Below are positions 23,823 through 23,966 of a stretch of 23,966 nt of DNA, one piece after another. The position numbers and the translations under genes were made by a program. The DNA is taken from contig JANLPS010000024.1 of NCBI GenBank assembly GCA_031367385.1, forward strand, positions 1 to 23,966. The letters are read 5' to 3'. The stretch is from Archangium sp. (GTDB lineage Bacteria > Myxococcota > Myxococcia > Myxococcales > Myxococcaceae). The stretch's first letter is position 1, and each line of letters starts with the position of its first letter. The notes beneath the pieces are model-generated. The model worked only from the letters and a program-made list of their open reading frames with translations. It was not told where the DNA came from and did no database searches.

Positions 23823-23966
23823 GTGAGCTCGCTTCGAACGTCATTGATGGTGGCATGTTGTTTCGCGGTGACCGGCTGCGGCGTCGAGCAGGGCGCCGAA
23901 ACCGACGATGGCACCGAGCAGACCGCCAATGAGATTCGCTCGGTGAGCAAGGCCGAGGCGCTGGCC
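23823..23966 (+). CDS. Lipoprotein, 5' fragment (runs off the window)
   Basis: Absent from the ORF track. MSSLRTSLMVACCFAVTGC-GVEQGAETDDGTEQTANEIRSVSKAEALA has lipobox VTGC and an AAGGGG RBS upstream, and is open to the window end. Confidence 0.7.
   Translation, partial: MSSLRTSLMVACCFAVTGCGVEQGAETDDGTEQTANEIRSVSKAEALA

Overview
High-GC, gene-dense bacterial DNA that looks myxobacterial (inference from MYXO-CTERM-like tails, DUF2330, PEGA and Cys-rich lipoproteins, and sigma54-type promoters). I see about 20 CDS and no rRNA, tRNA, CRISPR array or transposase. The left half is a minus-strand run of cell-surface genes. In transcription order: a PEGA protein and a Cys-rich lipoprotein; then, behind a candidate sigma54 promoter, a DUF2330/MYXO-CTERM protein, a small lipoprotein and a lipoprotein fusing a beta-propeller to an intact vanadium-haloperoxidase/PAP2 domain; then a degenerate phytase-like MYXO-CTERM protein and a 5'-nucleotidase; and finally a membrane protein coupled to a Cys-rich flavodoxin-fold protein that the ORF track missed. 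The right half holds an RluA-family pseudouridine synthase, a DUF4026-like protein, two rhomboid proteases, a beta-helix lipoprotein, a degenerate GGDEF protein, an atypical ADP-ribosylglycohydrolase, a coiled-coil protein, lspA, ddl and the start of a lipoprotein behind a palindrome-rich sigma54-type region. The best candidate for an undescribed system is the surface-anchored haloperoxidase/phosphatase operon (4798-9822). Family assignments come from motif recognition by eye, not from database searches.
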